A DNA stretch of 64,000 nt from Candidatus Saccharimonadota bacterium (lineage in GTDB: Bacteria; Patescibacteriota; Saccharimonadia; Saccharimonadales; Saccharimonadaceae), in NCBI GenBank assembly GCA_017421325.1, contig JAFOJO010000024.1, positions 27,005 through 91,004 on the forward strand, in the 5' to 3' direction. Below the pieces are notes generated by a model that worked only from the letters and a program-made list of their open reading frames with translations, was not told the origin of the DNA and ran no database searches. This document shows positions 1-9,053 of the stretch, piece after piece. Every line of letters begins with the position of its first letter. Within the stretch, counting starts at the first letter, position 1. The translations under genes and the position numbers were made by a program.

Positions 1-6
1 TGGGAC

Positions 7-104
7 TTGGATTTTTAAGCACGTCATACGCTGGGCGTCCGGGAAAGATTACCCTACGGGTAACTTTCTCGGCGCCGTCAGGAATATACGTATTAAAAAT
101 CCAA
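7..104. repeat. Nested palindromic element
   Basis: TTGGATTTTTAA (7-18) pairs with TTAAAAATCCAA (93-104); inner CCGGGAAAG/CTTTCTCGG and TTACCC/GGGTAA stems. Confidence 0.65.
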
Positions 105-152
105 ATCAAATTTTATACTACCAGAAAAATACGTGACGGCCACCCGCCAGAG

Positions 153-1880
153 TTATTCGCCGGCGGAGCGAGCAACACAGCGTACAGACCACCCGTAGTT
201 GCCGTAGCCACGGGCTGGATAGATTTCATTATTGCCGCCAAAAGCCAGACTGTAAGCGCTGGTACTGCTGCTAACCGTACTAGACCAGTAGAAGCCGTAG
301 ACGCCGGGACTGTCTAGGAGGCCGCCACCGATATCACCAGACCGCACAAAGTAGTATGGATTAGAACGTAATTTATTGAAGCCACCCGTCGTGTAGCCTA
401 CAGAACCATCACCGGCAGATACTTTAGCAGTTATTTCAGCTTGATATAACATCCTACCAAATTCATTGTTAACGTTGTCTGTCTGTGAGGCATTAGGTAG
501 ACGCCAACCTTTAGGACAAATGGAGTTAGAGGCTATGGCTCCAGTAGTACTTATATTAGTAGAGTTGTTAGAAGCTATAGCGGCAGACCAGTTGTAATAG
601 TTGCCAACAAAGTAACGTTTACACTCATCTTCTGTATGGCTTGCGTTTTTGCAATCTTGCAGCGAATTATATCTTGTGTCGTTATTAGTGTTATTGGAGG
701 TATAGTAATACGTGTCACCGCCTTCGGCTGAGTATGGCGTGATGTAGTTATTGGTTGGCCAAGCAGATGGTTTAACTGAATTGCCATAAATATAGTAATT
801 AGACGTAATAGCTGTAGATACTGGAGTCCAAGTCCAGACGCCATCTTGTTCTGTATAGCCAGCTGAGTAGATACCACTACCGGATGCGGTGGTACTGATA
901 TCTGTGTTTTCCGATGTTAGTGTCGCTACGTTCGTACCGCTGATGTCTAGATCTAGATTACTAGTCATCCAACAATGTCCATCTTTAAGCTTAGTTACCC
1001 AGTAGAGTTTATCGTCTCTGGTGTCTACTAGCTGTGTAGCGGTATTTTCTCCATCTCCAGATACGGAGCTACATATATCTGCTGTCATATCCTGCATAGC
1101 GAAATAGTATTTGTTATCTTCATCTCGGTAGATTGGTTGTATGCCATGTGAAGCAAATGCTGATTCTAGATTATTAAGTGTTGGTTTATTGGTGTTTGGA
1201 TGCACTAGCATATACTTCACTTGCCCATTATAAGTACCTGCATACTGTGATGATGATGTATATACGGCATAGGTGGTAGTAAAAGATGACCCTTTGATCA
1301 TATCAGTGGCTTTTGCCGGGAGAGATGCTACTTTAGTCCACTTATCTGGGACTATGCCGTATATACCATCATAGTCTGATGTAATGACGGGAGGAGTAAG
1401 CGATGGATCATCTTTTAGGTTATTTAGACTCATAGCCCAGTTAGATGTATTACCTGACTCTGCTGTTCCTGATACTATATTAAAGTTAGAACTTTCTGTA
1501 TTAACTAGCTTATTATTACCTTCCTCATTATTACTATACCCTACTGCATATACACTATACCCATTGCCATCATTACATAGTGTAGTAATGGTAGTCTTAC
1601 CTATACCATTAGTATAAGTACCATTAATCAATTCTGCTGTATGACTACTATCTACTACACTACTTAATGTACAGGATGATGAGATAGAAAAGGATAAACT
1701 ATCTGTGGAGGAAGTAGAATCACTACTAGAATCAGTAGCAGAACTATGAAATGATAAATGAGATAAAACAACACCAGAAACCACAAGGAGAGGAATAGAA
1801 ACTAACAATACATTACGGAAAGCATAGTAGAAGAAATCTATTCTACTACTCATTAAAGATTGTTTTACTTTGTGGCCCAT
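153..1880 (-). CDS. Surface/secreted protein with C-terminal FISUMP (Fibrobacter succinogenes major paralogous, C-type-lectin-like) domain, paralog 1
   Basis: N-terminal hydrophobic segment, S/T-rich linker; motifs GHCWMTxNLDL, GNYYNWSAA, SICPKGWRLP, YWSST, SVRCVAR. Confidence 0.75.
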   Translation of the reverse strand: MGHKVKQSLMSSRIDFFYYAFRNVLLVSIPLLVVSGVVLSHLSFHSSATDSSSDSTSSTDSLSFSISSSCTLSSVVDSSHTAELINGTYTNGIGKTTITTLCNDGNGYSVYAVGYSNNEEGNNKLVNTESSNFNIVSGTAESGNTSNWAMSLNNLKDDPSLTPPVITSDYDGIYGIVPDKWTKVASLPAKATDMIKGSSFTTTYAVYTSSSQYAGTYNGQVKYMLVHPNTNKPTLNNLESAFASHGIQPIYRDEDNKYYFAMQDMTADICSSVSGDGENTATQLVDTRDDKLYWVTKLKDGHCWMTSNLDLDISGTNVATLTSENTDISTTASGSGIYSAGYTEQDGVWTWTPVSTAITSNYYIYGNSVKPSAWPTNNYITPYSAEGGDTYYYTSNNTNNDTRYNSLQDCKNASHTEDECKRYFVGNYYNWSAAIASNNSTNISTTGAIASNSICPKGWRLPNASQTDNVNNEFGRMLYQAEITAKVSAGDGSVGYTTGGFNKLRSNPYYFVRSGDIGGGLLDSPGVYGFYWSSTVSSSTSAYSLAFGGNNEIYPARGYGNYGWSVRCVARSAGE

Positions 1881-1910
1881 CTTTTAACCTCACTTATATA
1901 TAATTACTAC

Positions 1911-2045
1911 TCCCCCATGTGGTGCCACTTGTAAACGGGGTAATCATACAAAAATGGCACCGCAAGGGTGTCATATCTAACTATCTACACTAGTAACTAG
2001 GTAAAAGGCTCGATACCTTACGGTGCCGTTTTTTCTTTTACCTAG
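1911..2045 (-). promoter_or_regulatory. Conserved structured 5' leader, copy 1
   Basis: Same motif upstream of all four paralogs; promoter TTGTGA-17-TATAAT on minus strand (-10 at 2107-2112). Confidence 0.7.
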
Positions 2046-2171
2046 TCTTAACTTATTTATAAAAAATGTTCTAGTGTTTACTCAGGTAGTTAAATATGAC
2101 CTTTTTATTATAACCTATATTTTTTATTTTCACAACGCATTTTCTGAAGGTGGTTATGGTATAATTTAGGT

Positions 2172-3104
2172 ATGAGCGGGTTGGGCATAGAAAATCTAGA
2201 GAAAATTAAGCACCGAATACGCGCGGCGGACTATTTGGCAGTGGCGCAACTATACTTAAAAGATAACTTTTTACTGGAACGGCCGCTAACACCAGAAGAC
2301 ATTAAGCCGAGACTACTCGGCCATTGGGGTACTTGCCACGGCATAAATGTAGCGTATGCAAATCTCAAAAGCTATTTTGGCGATGACCCGAACTTTAGTT
2401 TTGTGCTGGGGCCGGGGCATGGGTTTCCGGCATTGCAGGCAAATCTATTTTTGGATGGGGATTTAAAAAAAGTAGACCCAAAGGCTACAGTAAATGCGGC
2501 GGGCGTAGAGTATATTTGCAAACATTTTTCATGGCCAGATGGATTCCCGAGCCACGCTAGTCCATATACGCCAGGTATTATTACCGAGGGCGGAGAACTA
2601 GGCTATGCTCTGGCTAATGCTTATGGCGTGGTACTAGGCCACCCAGAAAAGATTCTTGCCGTGCTGATAGGCGATGGCGAACTAGAAACCGCCACAGCAA
2701 TAGATTCACTTAATTTAAAGAACTTACTGGGCGGAGCTAAAAATGGCAAAATACTACCAATACTACATCTTAACGGCTATAAAATATCGGCGCCGTCTAT
2801 CTATGCGCGTAAATCTGAAAGAGAAATGAACGAGCTAATTCGTGGATTTGGTTTTACGCCCATATGGATAGATGCGGAAGACATAGAAAGTTTCCAAATG
2901 GCTTTGGTACAAAAGATAGAAGCACCGTTCTATATTCTAAAAAGCGAGAAAGGCGAGGGTGGGCCAAACCGCCACCAGGATGCACACCAGATCCCACTGA
3001 AAGACCCAAAAACCAACCCAGAAGTGCTAAAGCAACTAGAGGAGTGGCTAAAATCATATAACTTTGTGGAAGTATTTGATGCTGAGAAAGGGGAATTGAA
3101 ATGA
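2172..3104 (+). CDS. xfp: Phosphoketolase, N-terminal (TPP-binding) half
   Basis: KPRLLGHWGT, GPGHG, HEGGELGY-like and GDGE motifs. Confidence 0.85.
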   Translation: MSGLGIENLEKIKHRIRAADYLAVAQLYLKDNFLLERPLTPEDIKPRLLGHWGTCHGINVAYANLKSYFGDDPNFSFVLGPGHGFPALQANLFLDGDLKKVDPKATVNAAGVEYICKHFSWPDGFPSHASPYTPGIITEGGELGYALANAYGVVLGHPEKILAVLIGDGELETATAIDSLNLKNLLGGAKNGKILPILHLNGYKISAPSIYARKSEREMNELIRGFGFTPIWIDAEDIESFQMALVQKIEAPFYILKSEKGEGGPNRHQDAHQIPLKDPKTNPEVLKQLEEWLKSYNFVEVFDAEKGELK

Positions 3105-4240
3105 ATTTATATTCACCTGCAAAAAGAATAGGGGAGCTTTTGGCGGCAGAGTTTAAGAAAAACCCGCATTTTTACTTTTTTTCGCCAGACGAAACTACGT
3201 CGAACAAATTTGACCAAATTTTTAACGTAGAAAAACGGGCGTGGGCAATGCCGACTAAAACTTGGGATTTGCCAGAAGGTGAAGATGGGCGGATAGTAGA
3301 GATGTTATCCGAAAACGTGCTATTTAGTGTGATGACCGGGCACCTAATGAACGGTGAGCCAGCCATGATGGGGAGCTATGAAGCCTTCTTCCCGATTATC
3401 ACCGCACAACTATTACAACAAATAAAGTTTATTAAACAAGCCAAAGAAGTGAGCTGGCGGGCACCAATGCCAGCGGCAAACCTGCTTTCTACCTCTACCT
3501 GCTGGCGACAAGATCACAACGGCTACACTCACCAATCGCCAGCGTTGATTTCTACTTTACTGAGCGTGCCAAGTAATTTGGCGAATTGCATTTTCCCAAT
3601 AGACGACGTAGCGGCAGAAGTAACCTATAACTTTATGATAAATTCTACCAATGTAGTAAATCTGGCTACCTTTAACAAAATAGACGAGCCGAGATATCTA
3701 AATAAAGAACAAGCGGAGCAGGAAATAAAAGATGGAGCCACTATATACGAATTTATTTCGGACCCCGAGCCGGATATAGTATTTACTGCGGCAGGGGATT
3801 TGGTGGCAAAAGAAATGGTAGAAGCAATAAAGATATTGAAGGAAGATTTGCCAGAAGTAAAAATTCGTTTGGTATATATAAACTCACTATCTTACCGAGC
3901 GATTGGTACTACGGAAAATAAACTTAGCGCGGAAAAATTTGCCGAAATGTTTACCAAAGATAAGCCAATTATTGCGAATTTTCATGGCTATCCAGAAACT
4001 TTGGAAAATATTTTGGAAAACTATACCATACGTGGGCGGCTGAGGGTACACGGCTATAATGAAGAAGGCTCTACCACCACACCGTTTGAAATGCTGCGTA
4101 GAAATGTAGCGTCACGTTATGACATCACCACAGATGTGGCAAAACTATATGACCGGGATGATTTGATACTAAAATATCAGGAAACTTTGGCTAAAAACCA
4201 CACCTATGCGCTAGAGCACGGCGAAGATATGATAGAATAA
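3101..4240 (+). CDS. xfp: Phosphoketolase, C-terminal half
   Basis: FSPDET.SNK, EMLSE, YEAF, WRQDHNGYTHQ.P, HGY.EEG.TTTPF motifs; ATGA overlap with the upstream half. Confidence 0.85.
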   Translation: MNLYSPAKRIGELLAAEFKKNPHFYFFSPDETTSNKFDQIFNVEKRAWAMPTKTWDLPEGEDGRIVEMLSENVLFSVMTGHLMNGEPAMMGSYEAFFPIITAQLLQQIKFIKQAKEVSWRAPMPAANLLSTSTCWRQDHNGYTHQSPALISTLLSVPSNLANCIFPIDDVAAEVTYNFMINSTNVVNLATFNKIDEPRYLNKEQAEQEIKDGATIYEFISDPEPDIVFTAAGDLVAKEMVEAIKILKEDLPEVKIRLVYINSLSYRAIGTTENKLSAEKFAEMFTKDKPIIANFHGYPETLENILENYTIRGRLRVHGYNEEGSTTTPFEMLRRNVASRYDITTDVAKLYDRDDLILKYQETLAKNHTYALEHGEDMIE

Positions 4241-4245
4241 AGATT

Positions 4246-4932
4246 ATGGAATTATTTATTTTAATATTAACTTTGGCAATTTTTGCCGAAACAAGTTTTC
4301 TCACCGCTAGCAAATATAAGCCGATAAAGGGTGGGAGTAGGAAAATCTACGTAGATACTTCGGCTCTAATAGACGGGCGAATACTAAATATTGCCCGGAC
4401 CGGATTCATGGATGGGGATTTAATAATACTAAAAAGCGTACTACTGGAGCTACAGCTTCTGGCAGACGGGAAAGATACGGAAAAACGAAACCGCGCCAGA
4501 GCCGGGCTAGAAGTAGCAGCGGAATTAGAGCGAGTAATAGAAGTAAATACCGAGATACTAGATAATGGCATCGAGGGGCGAAAAAAGGTGGACGAGGAAC
4601 TGCTGAGGCTGGCCAAAGAAAATAAGGGCGTAATACTGACGCTAGATTATAACTTAATTAAAGTAGCGGCGGCGGAGAAAATCCCTACGCTAAATATTAA
4701 TGATCTAGCGCTTGCAGTAAGAAGTGAATTTTTACCGGGCGAGAAAATGAAGCTAAAAATATTAGAAAAAGGCTCGGGCCGGGGGCAGGGAGTGGGGCAT
4801 CTATCAGACGGCACTATGGTAGTGGTAGATAAAGCCGCCAACAAAGTGGGGCGGGAGCTCACAGTAGAATTTGTGAAATTCCACGAGACTTCAGCTGGGA
4901 AGATGATTTTCGCTAGAATTGCCAGAAAATAG
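4246..4932 (+). CDS. PIN/TRAM domain protein (YacL-like)
   Basis: YVDTSALIDGRI PIN motif; C-terminal GQGVGHLSDGTMVVV TRAM motif. Confidence 0.85.
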   Translation: MELFILILTLAIFAETSFLTASKYKPIKGGSRKIYVDTSALIDGRILNIARTGFMDGDLIILKSVLLELQLLADGKDTEKRNRARAGLEVAAELERVIEVNTEILDNGIEGRKKVDEELLRLAKENKGVILTLDYNLIKVAAAEKIPTLNINDLALAVRSEFLPGEKMKLKILEKGSGRGQGVGHLSDGTMVVVDKAANKVGRELTVEFVKFHETSAGKMIFARIARK

Positions 4933-5117
4933 CACTATATATAATATATAGTGGGACACATACGCTATATATAGCGTATAGTAGGTGTGCAAAACGCTAG
5001 ATATAGCGTATTTTGGCGTTTTTGGGGCTACTATATATTATATGTACAGCCAAAAAGTATATGTGCGATAAAAAGCGGGCCAATCCTTAAACTGGCCCGC
5101 TGGTTTACCTTTAAACG

Positions 5118-7880
5118 CTATGGTGTAGGTTTACCTGGTTTTGAACTCGAGTTCGAACTTGAGCTTGAATCACTATCCACTGCAGGTTGCTTGGTAGGGG
5201 TAAGTGTCATTTCGCTAGTAGCAACATAGCCCGAAGAATCGGAAACGGTAAAGCTGATGGATGTTTCGGTGCCTTTTAGGGTATAGCCATGGACCACGCC
5301 ATCTCCGCCTAACGAAATACCACCTTGTTCTACACCGTTAACATAGAGCGTGTAGCCAGCAATATCGTAAGTACCGCGCTTAACCGTAGCGATGATGTTA
5401 TTACCGCTAGTAGAGAGGGCAACTTGCGGAGGAGTATAGTCGCAAGGGTCGCTAGTGTTGCGGTCGTATGGCTCTGGCACGCTATATACATCGTTGCCGG
5501 TCATGGGGTCGGTAGTTTTAGTGACTTCTACTTCAATCTTGTAATCTTCTGGTGTACAGCTAGAAGCTAGCAAATGGTTATAGCGGTTGAACACCAGTTT
5601 CTCTTTAGCGACGCCAGAGTTTTTGCTAGAGTTAAACCAGCTAGGCCAAATGTCAGTTCTACCGTTAACGGTGAGGGTTTGGATGCCGGCCGGCTTAGCT
5701 GGCTGATCGCCATAATGCCAGCGACCATCTGGCTCGTAAACTTCTTTGTGGACGCGTTCCATATAGGTACCGACGGTGTTTCTGACGACATCGTTAGCAT
5801 TTGAGGAAAGCCCCGCGCCGTCGTGGTTGCCATTCCAGACAAACGTAGAGAGGGCAGTAGAATAACTTTCAATTAAGGAATCTTTGGTTTCAGCAGCATT
5901 AGAGGTAGTAGTAGTACCAGTTTTGGTAGCAGTCCAAACATCTGGAACTACATAGCCAAAACTCTGCGAGCCGCCAGCGGCATAGATACTAAAACGGGCG
6001 CTGCCATCGCTTAGAATATTTGAAATCATGTAGGCGACTTGGTCGTCTACCACGCGGGTAGCTTCTTTATCTTCCCAAGTCTCAATAGTTTCACCAGAAG
6101 AATTTTTAACTTCTAGCACATAGGCTAAATCTTTATATGAACCACCGCGGGCAAGAGAAGCATAAGCATTGGCATGCTCTACCATGCGAACACCACAGCC
6201 AGAGCCAATAGCAATAGACAAACCATACCCCTCACGACCTTCACAATAAGTGCTGTCGCCAAGTGCATGAGCAATTTCAAGCGAATTGTCTATGCCGTTA
6301 ATATAAAGCGCCTTAACTGCGGCAATGTTTAGAGAGTGGCCTAATGAAAAACGAATAGTAACATCACCATAGAAAGTATTGGTAGCGTTAGTCAGAGAAC
6401 AGCCACCGGAGTAGCCGGCACAATAGAGCCTGTTGATGTTCTCGTCTCTCAAGATAGAGCCTGGGCCATAGTTAACACCTTCGCGTTGCATAAAGAGTGG
6501 GGTATAGTCCAAGATCGGTTTGATAGAAGAGCCCGGTTCAATTAGGCCGTCAGTGGTTACGTTTAATTCGCCATAAGCAGGATTTGTAAAATCCGCTGAG
6601 CCAACCATAGCAACTATTTGCGAAGTTTCTACGTCTACCGAAACCAACGCTACGTTATCGCTATTATTTTTGTAGGAGAAACCCATACCTACATTTACTG
6701 CATCTTCGGCAATCTTTTGCGCGCGAAGGTCTAGAGTAGTTTTAATAGTCCAGCCACCGGCCCGCATAGTTTGGATGCCGTATTTATCTTCTAATTGTTT
6801 ACGCACCTCGAGCACAAAATGCGGAGCTAGCATATTAGAATATTGGGCAGATTCTGGCTTGATAGTGTCTAGCACAGCCACTTGCTTAGCCTCTTCCGCT
6901 TCGTCTTTAGTAATATAACCCATTTCTGCCATCACATCTAGAGTGTATTGCTGACGCCAAAGTAGCTGTTCGTGGCCGTATTCATTATATGGGTTAAATA
7001 CACCAGGGTTATTTGGAATGGAGGCCAGCAAAGCTGACTCGGCTAGAGTTAGGTCTTTAGCGGACTTACCGAAGTAAGTTTGTGCGGCAGACTCTACGCC
7101 GTTACGGCGACCACCATAAGGCGATTGGTTAAGATACATGGTAAGAATTTGGTCTTTGGAATACATACGCTCTAGCTCGATAGCTAAAATTAGTTCCTTA
7201 ATTTTACGAGCAAGGCCACCGCGGTTTTCACTGGCAGCTTCATCGGCAAAGTAAACTTGCTTGATAAGCTGTTGAGTTAATGTAGAGCCACCCTGTACAC
7301 CATGGCCGCCGAGAGTAGAAAATGTCGCCCGCACAAGAGCGCCAAAATCTACGCCGATATGGTTGTAGAAGTTGCGATCTTCGATGGCGACAGTAGCCTG
7401 ATACATATAGGGCGAAATTTCATCGGCATCCACTACTAAGCGATAGTTTTCATTACCGGTATCTTTCCAGAGCACTTCGCCATTACGATCTAGATAAGTA
7501 TTGACGGTTTCAGAAATTGACATTTCATCGAGACGGATTTCATCGAGATCCTTTTTATAGTAAAGGAAGAGGCCGCCGATAAAGATTACTAAAACCAAAA
7601 AACAGGCGGCAATAGTTTTCCAAATGGTTTTTTGACCACGCTTGGAAAACCACCATTTGAATACGCGCTTTGGGTGCAGACGCGCAAAAAAACGCTTAAC
7701 TGGGTCTTTAGGAAGTTTGGCCAGCTCTTCGGCGCGGCGCCTAGCTTCAGCCTCTTTCTTAGCCTTATGCTTGTAGCTAAGGCTGGTATATAATTTCATA
7801 TTCTTTTTCGCAGTTTTTTTGGGTTGTTTAGTCGTTTTATTCTTGAACGGCAAAATAACCTCAGATTTTTTCTTTACCAT
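5118..7880 (-). CDS. ponA: Bifunctional transglycosylase/transpeptidase PBP1A
   Basis: EDRNFY, GGSTLTQQL, RKIKE, SSIK, KTGT motifs; start placed at MVKK, 6 nt after TATAAT. Confidence 0.9.
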   Translation of the reverse strand: MVKKKSEVILPFKNKTTKQPKKTAKKNMKLYTSLSYKHKAKKEAEARRRAEELAKLPKDPVKRFFARLHPKRVFKWWFSKRGQKTIWKTIAACFLVLVIFIGGLFLYYKKDLDEIRLDEMSISETVNTYLDRNGEVLWKDTGNENYRLVVDADEISPYMYQATVAIEDRNFYNHIGVDFGALVRATFSTLGGHGVQGGSTLTQQLIKQVYFADEAASENRGGLARKIKELILAIELERMYSKDQILTMYLNQSPYGGRRNGVESAAQTYFGKSAKDLTLAESALLASIPNNPGVFNPYNEYGHEQLLWRQQYTLDVMAEMGYITKDEAEEAKQVAVLDTIKPESAQYSNMLAPHFVLEVRKQLEDKYGIQTMRAGGWTIKTTLDLRAQKIAEDAVNVGMGFSYKNNSDNVALVSVDVETSQIVAMVGSADFTNPAYGELNVTTDGLIEPGSSIKPILDYTPLFMQREGVNYGPGSILRDENINRLYCAGYSGGCSLTNATNTFYGDVTIRFSLGHSLNIAAVKALYINGIDNSLEIAHALGDSTYCEGREGYGLSIAIGSGCGVRMVEHANAYASLARGGSYKDLAYVLEVKNSSGETIETWEDKEATRVVDDQVAYMISNILSDGSARFSIYAAGGSQSFGYVVPDVWTATKTGTTTTSNAAETKDSLIESYSTALSTFVWNGNHDGAGLSSNANDVVRNTVGTYMERVHKEVYEPDGRWHYGDQPAKPAGIQTLTVNGRTDIWPSWFNSSKNSGVAKEKLVFNRYNHLLASSCTPEDYKIEVEVTKTTDPMTGNDVYSVPEPYDRNTSDPCDYTPPQVALSTSGNNIIATVKRGTYDIAGYTLYVNGVEQGGISLGGDGVVHGYTLKGTETSISFTVSDSSGYVATSEMTLTPTKQPAVDSDSSSSSNSSSKPGKPTP

Positions 7881-7953
7881 GCATATATTATACATAATTT
7901 ATGTAAAAACCGCAAAAACAAAACGTAGCCATTAAGAATATACTTTATATTGC

Positions 7954-8087
7954 TGCATAATTCATCATATCTCGGAAGCTTCGCAATGTGATATTAAATT
8001 ATATCACATTGCTTCGCCCCTTCGGCGGCAAGAATTTACCTAAGGGTAAATTTTGCCTTTATGTTCCTCAATATAATGAATTATGCA
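7954..8087. mobile_element. ~134-bp MITE-like element, copy A
   Basis: TIR TGCATAATTCAT/ATGAATTATGCA, two internal hairpins, homologous inverted copy at 45438-45570. Confidence 0.7.
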
Positions 8088-8114
8088 ATATCGCCCCATG
8101 CTATAATAAAAGTT

Positions 8115-9053
8115 ATGGATATCTCGATTATTGTGCCAGTTTACAATGCGGAGAAATATTTGGATAAATGTATACAATCCACATTGCAGGCTTTAAGCAA
8201 TTTTGATGGGCGTGGAGAAATTTTGTTGATTGACAATAATTCGACAGATAAATCTGGTGCTTTGATGCAGAAATATCAGAAAAAATATCCAGAAACGATA
8301 TTTTTATACAAACAAAAGACGCCAGGCGCAGCAGCAACCAGAAATTATGGCGTTTCGAAAGCTACTGGGAAATATATTTGGTTTATAGATGCGGACGACA
8401 CTATTAGCAGCGATGCTGTAGTAAAGTTAGCGGAGAGGGCTAAAGAGAAAACAGTAGATTTAGTAATGATGGGTGCGAAAAGAATTTTCCCAGATGGCCA
8501 TACAAATTTCTTATCAGCTATATGCCCCCATGAAAATGATTATAAAAGTAAATTTGTACGATACGGCGCTGGGCCGTGGCAGTTTATCATAAGGAGAGCT
8601 TGGTGGAATAAAAATAATTTTAAATTCCGCGAGGGAATTATTCATGAAGATATGGAACTAATGTCAGCATTAATACTTTACACAGATAAATTCGCTTGCG
8701 TAGATGAGCCTTTGTATAATTATTATCAAAATCCAGAATCGGTACTACATAAAACTAGCTGGGACCCGCATTATTTTGATATTTTTTCGGCACTAGCGGG
8801 ACTTTATGCAAGGTTCGATGAAAAAGGGGCAGTGAGGAATTATTATAATGAACTGGAGTGGTTTTTTATTTGGAATTTACTGATAGATTCGGCTAAGGAT
8901 TTTGGCAAATTTAAAGAAGGGCACAGTGGCTTCAGGCGTTCACGACAAATGCTAAAACAATATTTTCCAAATTGGCGGAAAAATATCTTTTTAAAACAAA
9001 AACCATTAAAACTGCGGGCGCGAGTGTTTTTAAATTATTATCGATGCAAATGA
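8115..9053 (+). CDS. Family 2 glycosyltransferase
   Basis: ISIIVPVYN, DNNSTD, ATRNYG, FIDADD, HED motifs. Confidence 0.9.
   Translation: MDISIIVPVYNAEKYLDKCIQSTLQALSNFDGRGEILLIDNNSTDKSGALMQKYQKKYPETIFLYKQKTPGAAATRNYGVSKATGKYIWFIDADDTISSDAVVKLAERAKEKTVDLVMMGAKRIFPDGHTNFLSAICPHENDYKSKFVRYGAGPWQFIIRRAWWNKNNFKFREGIIHEDMELMSALILYTDKFACVDEPLYNYYQNPESVLHKTSWDPHYFDIFSALAGLYARFDEKGAVRNYYNELEWFFIWNLLIDSAKDFGKFKEGHSGFRRSRQMLKQYFPNWRKNIFLKQKPLKLRARVFLNYYRCK

Noticed and set aside
1911-2045. Integron attC sites or invertible-promoter repeats as explanation of the leader motif
   Set aside because: No RYYYAAC/GTTRRRY cores, no integrase or recombinase, promoters lie outside the repeats, and wobble pattern favours sense-strand RNA
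2172-4240. TGA recoding (genetic code 25) to explain the split genes
   Set aside because: The halves are in different frames and many conserved genes end normally at TGA
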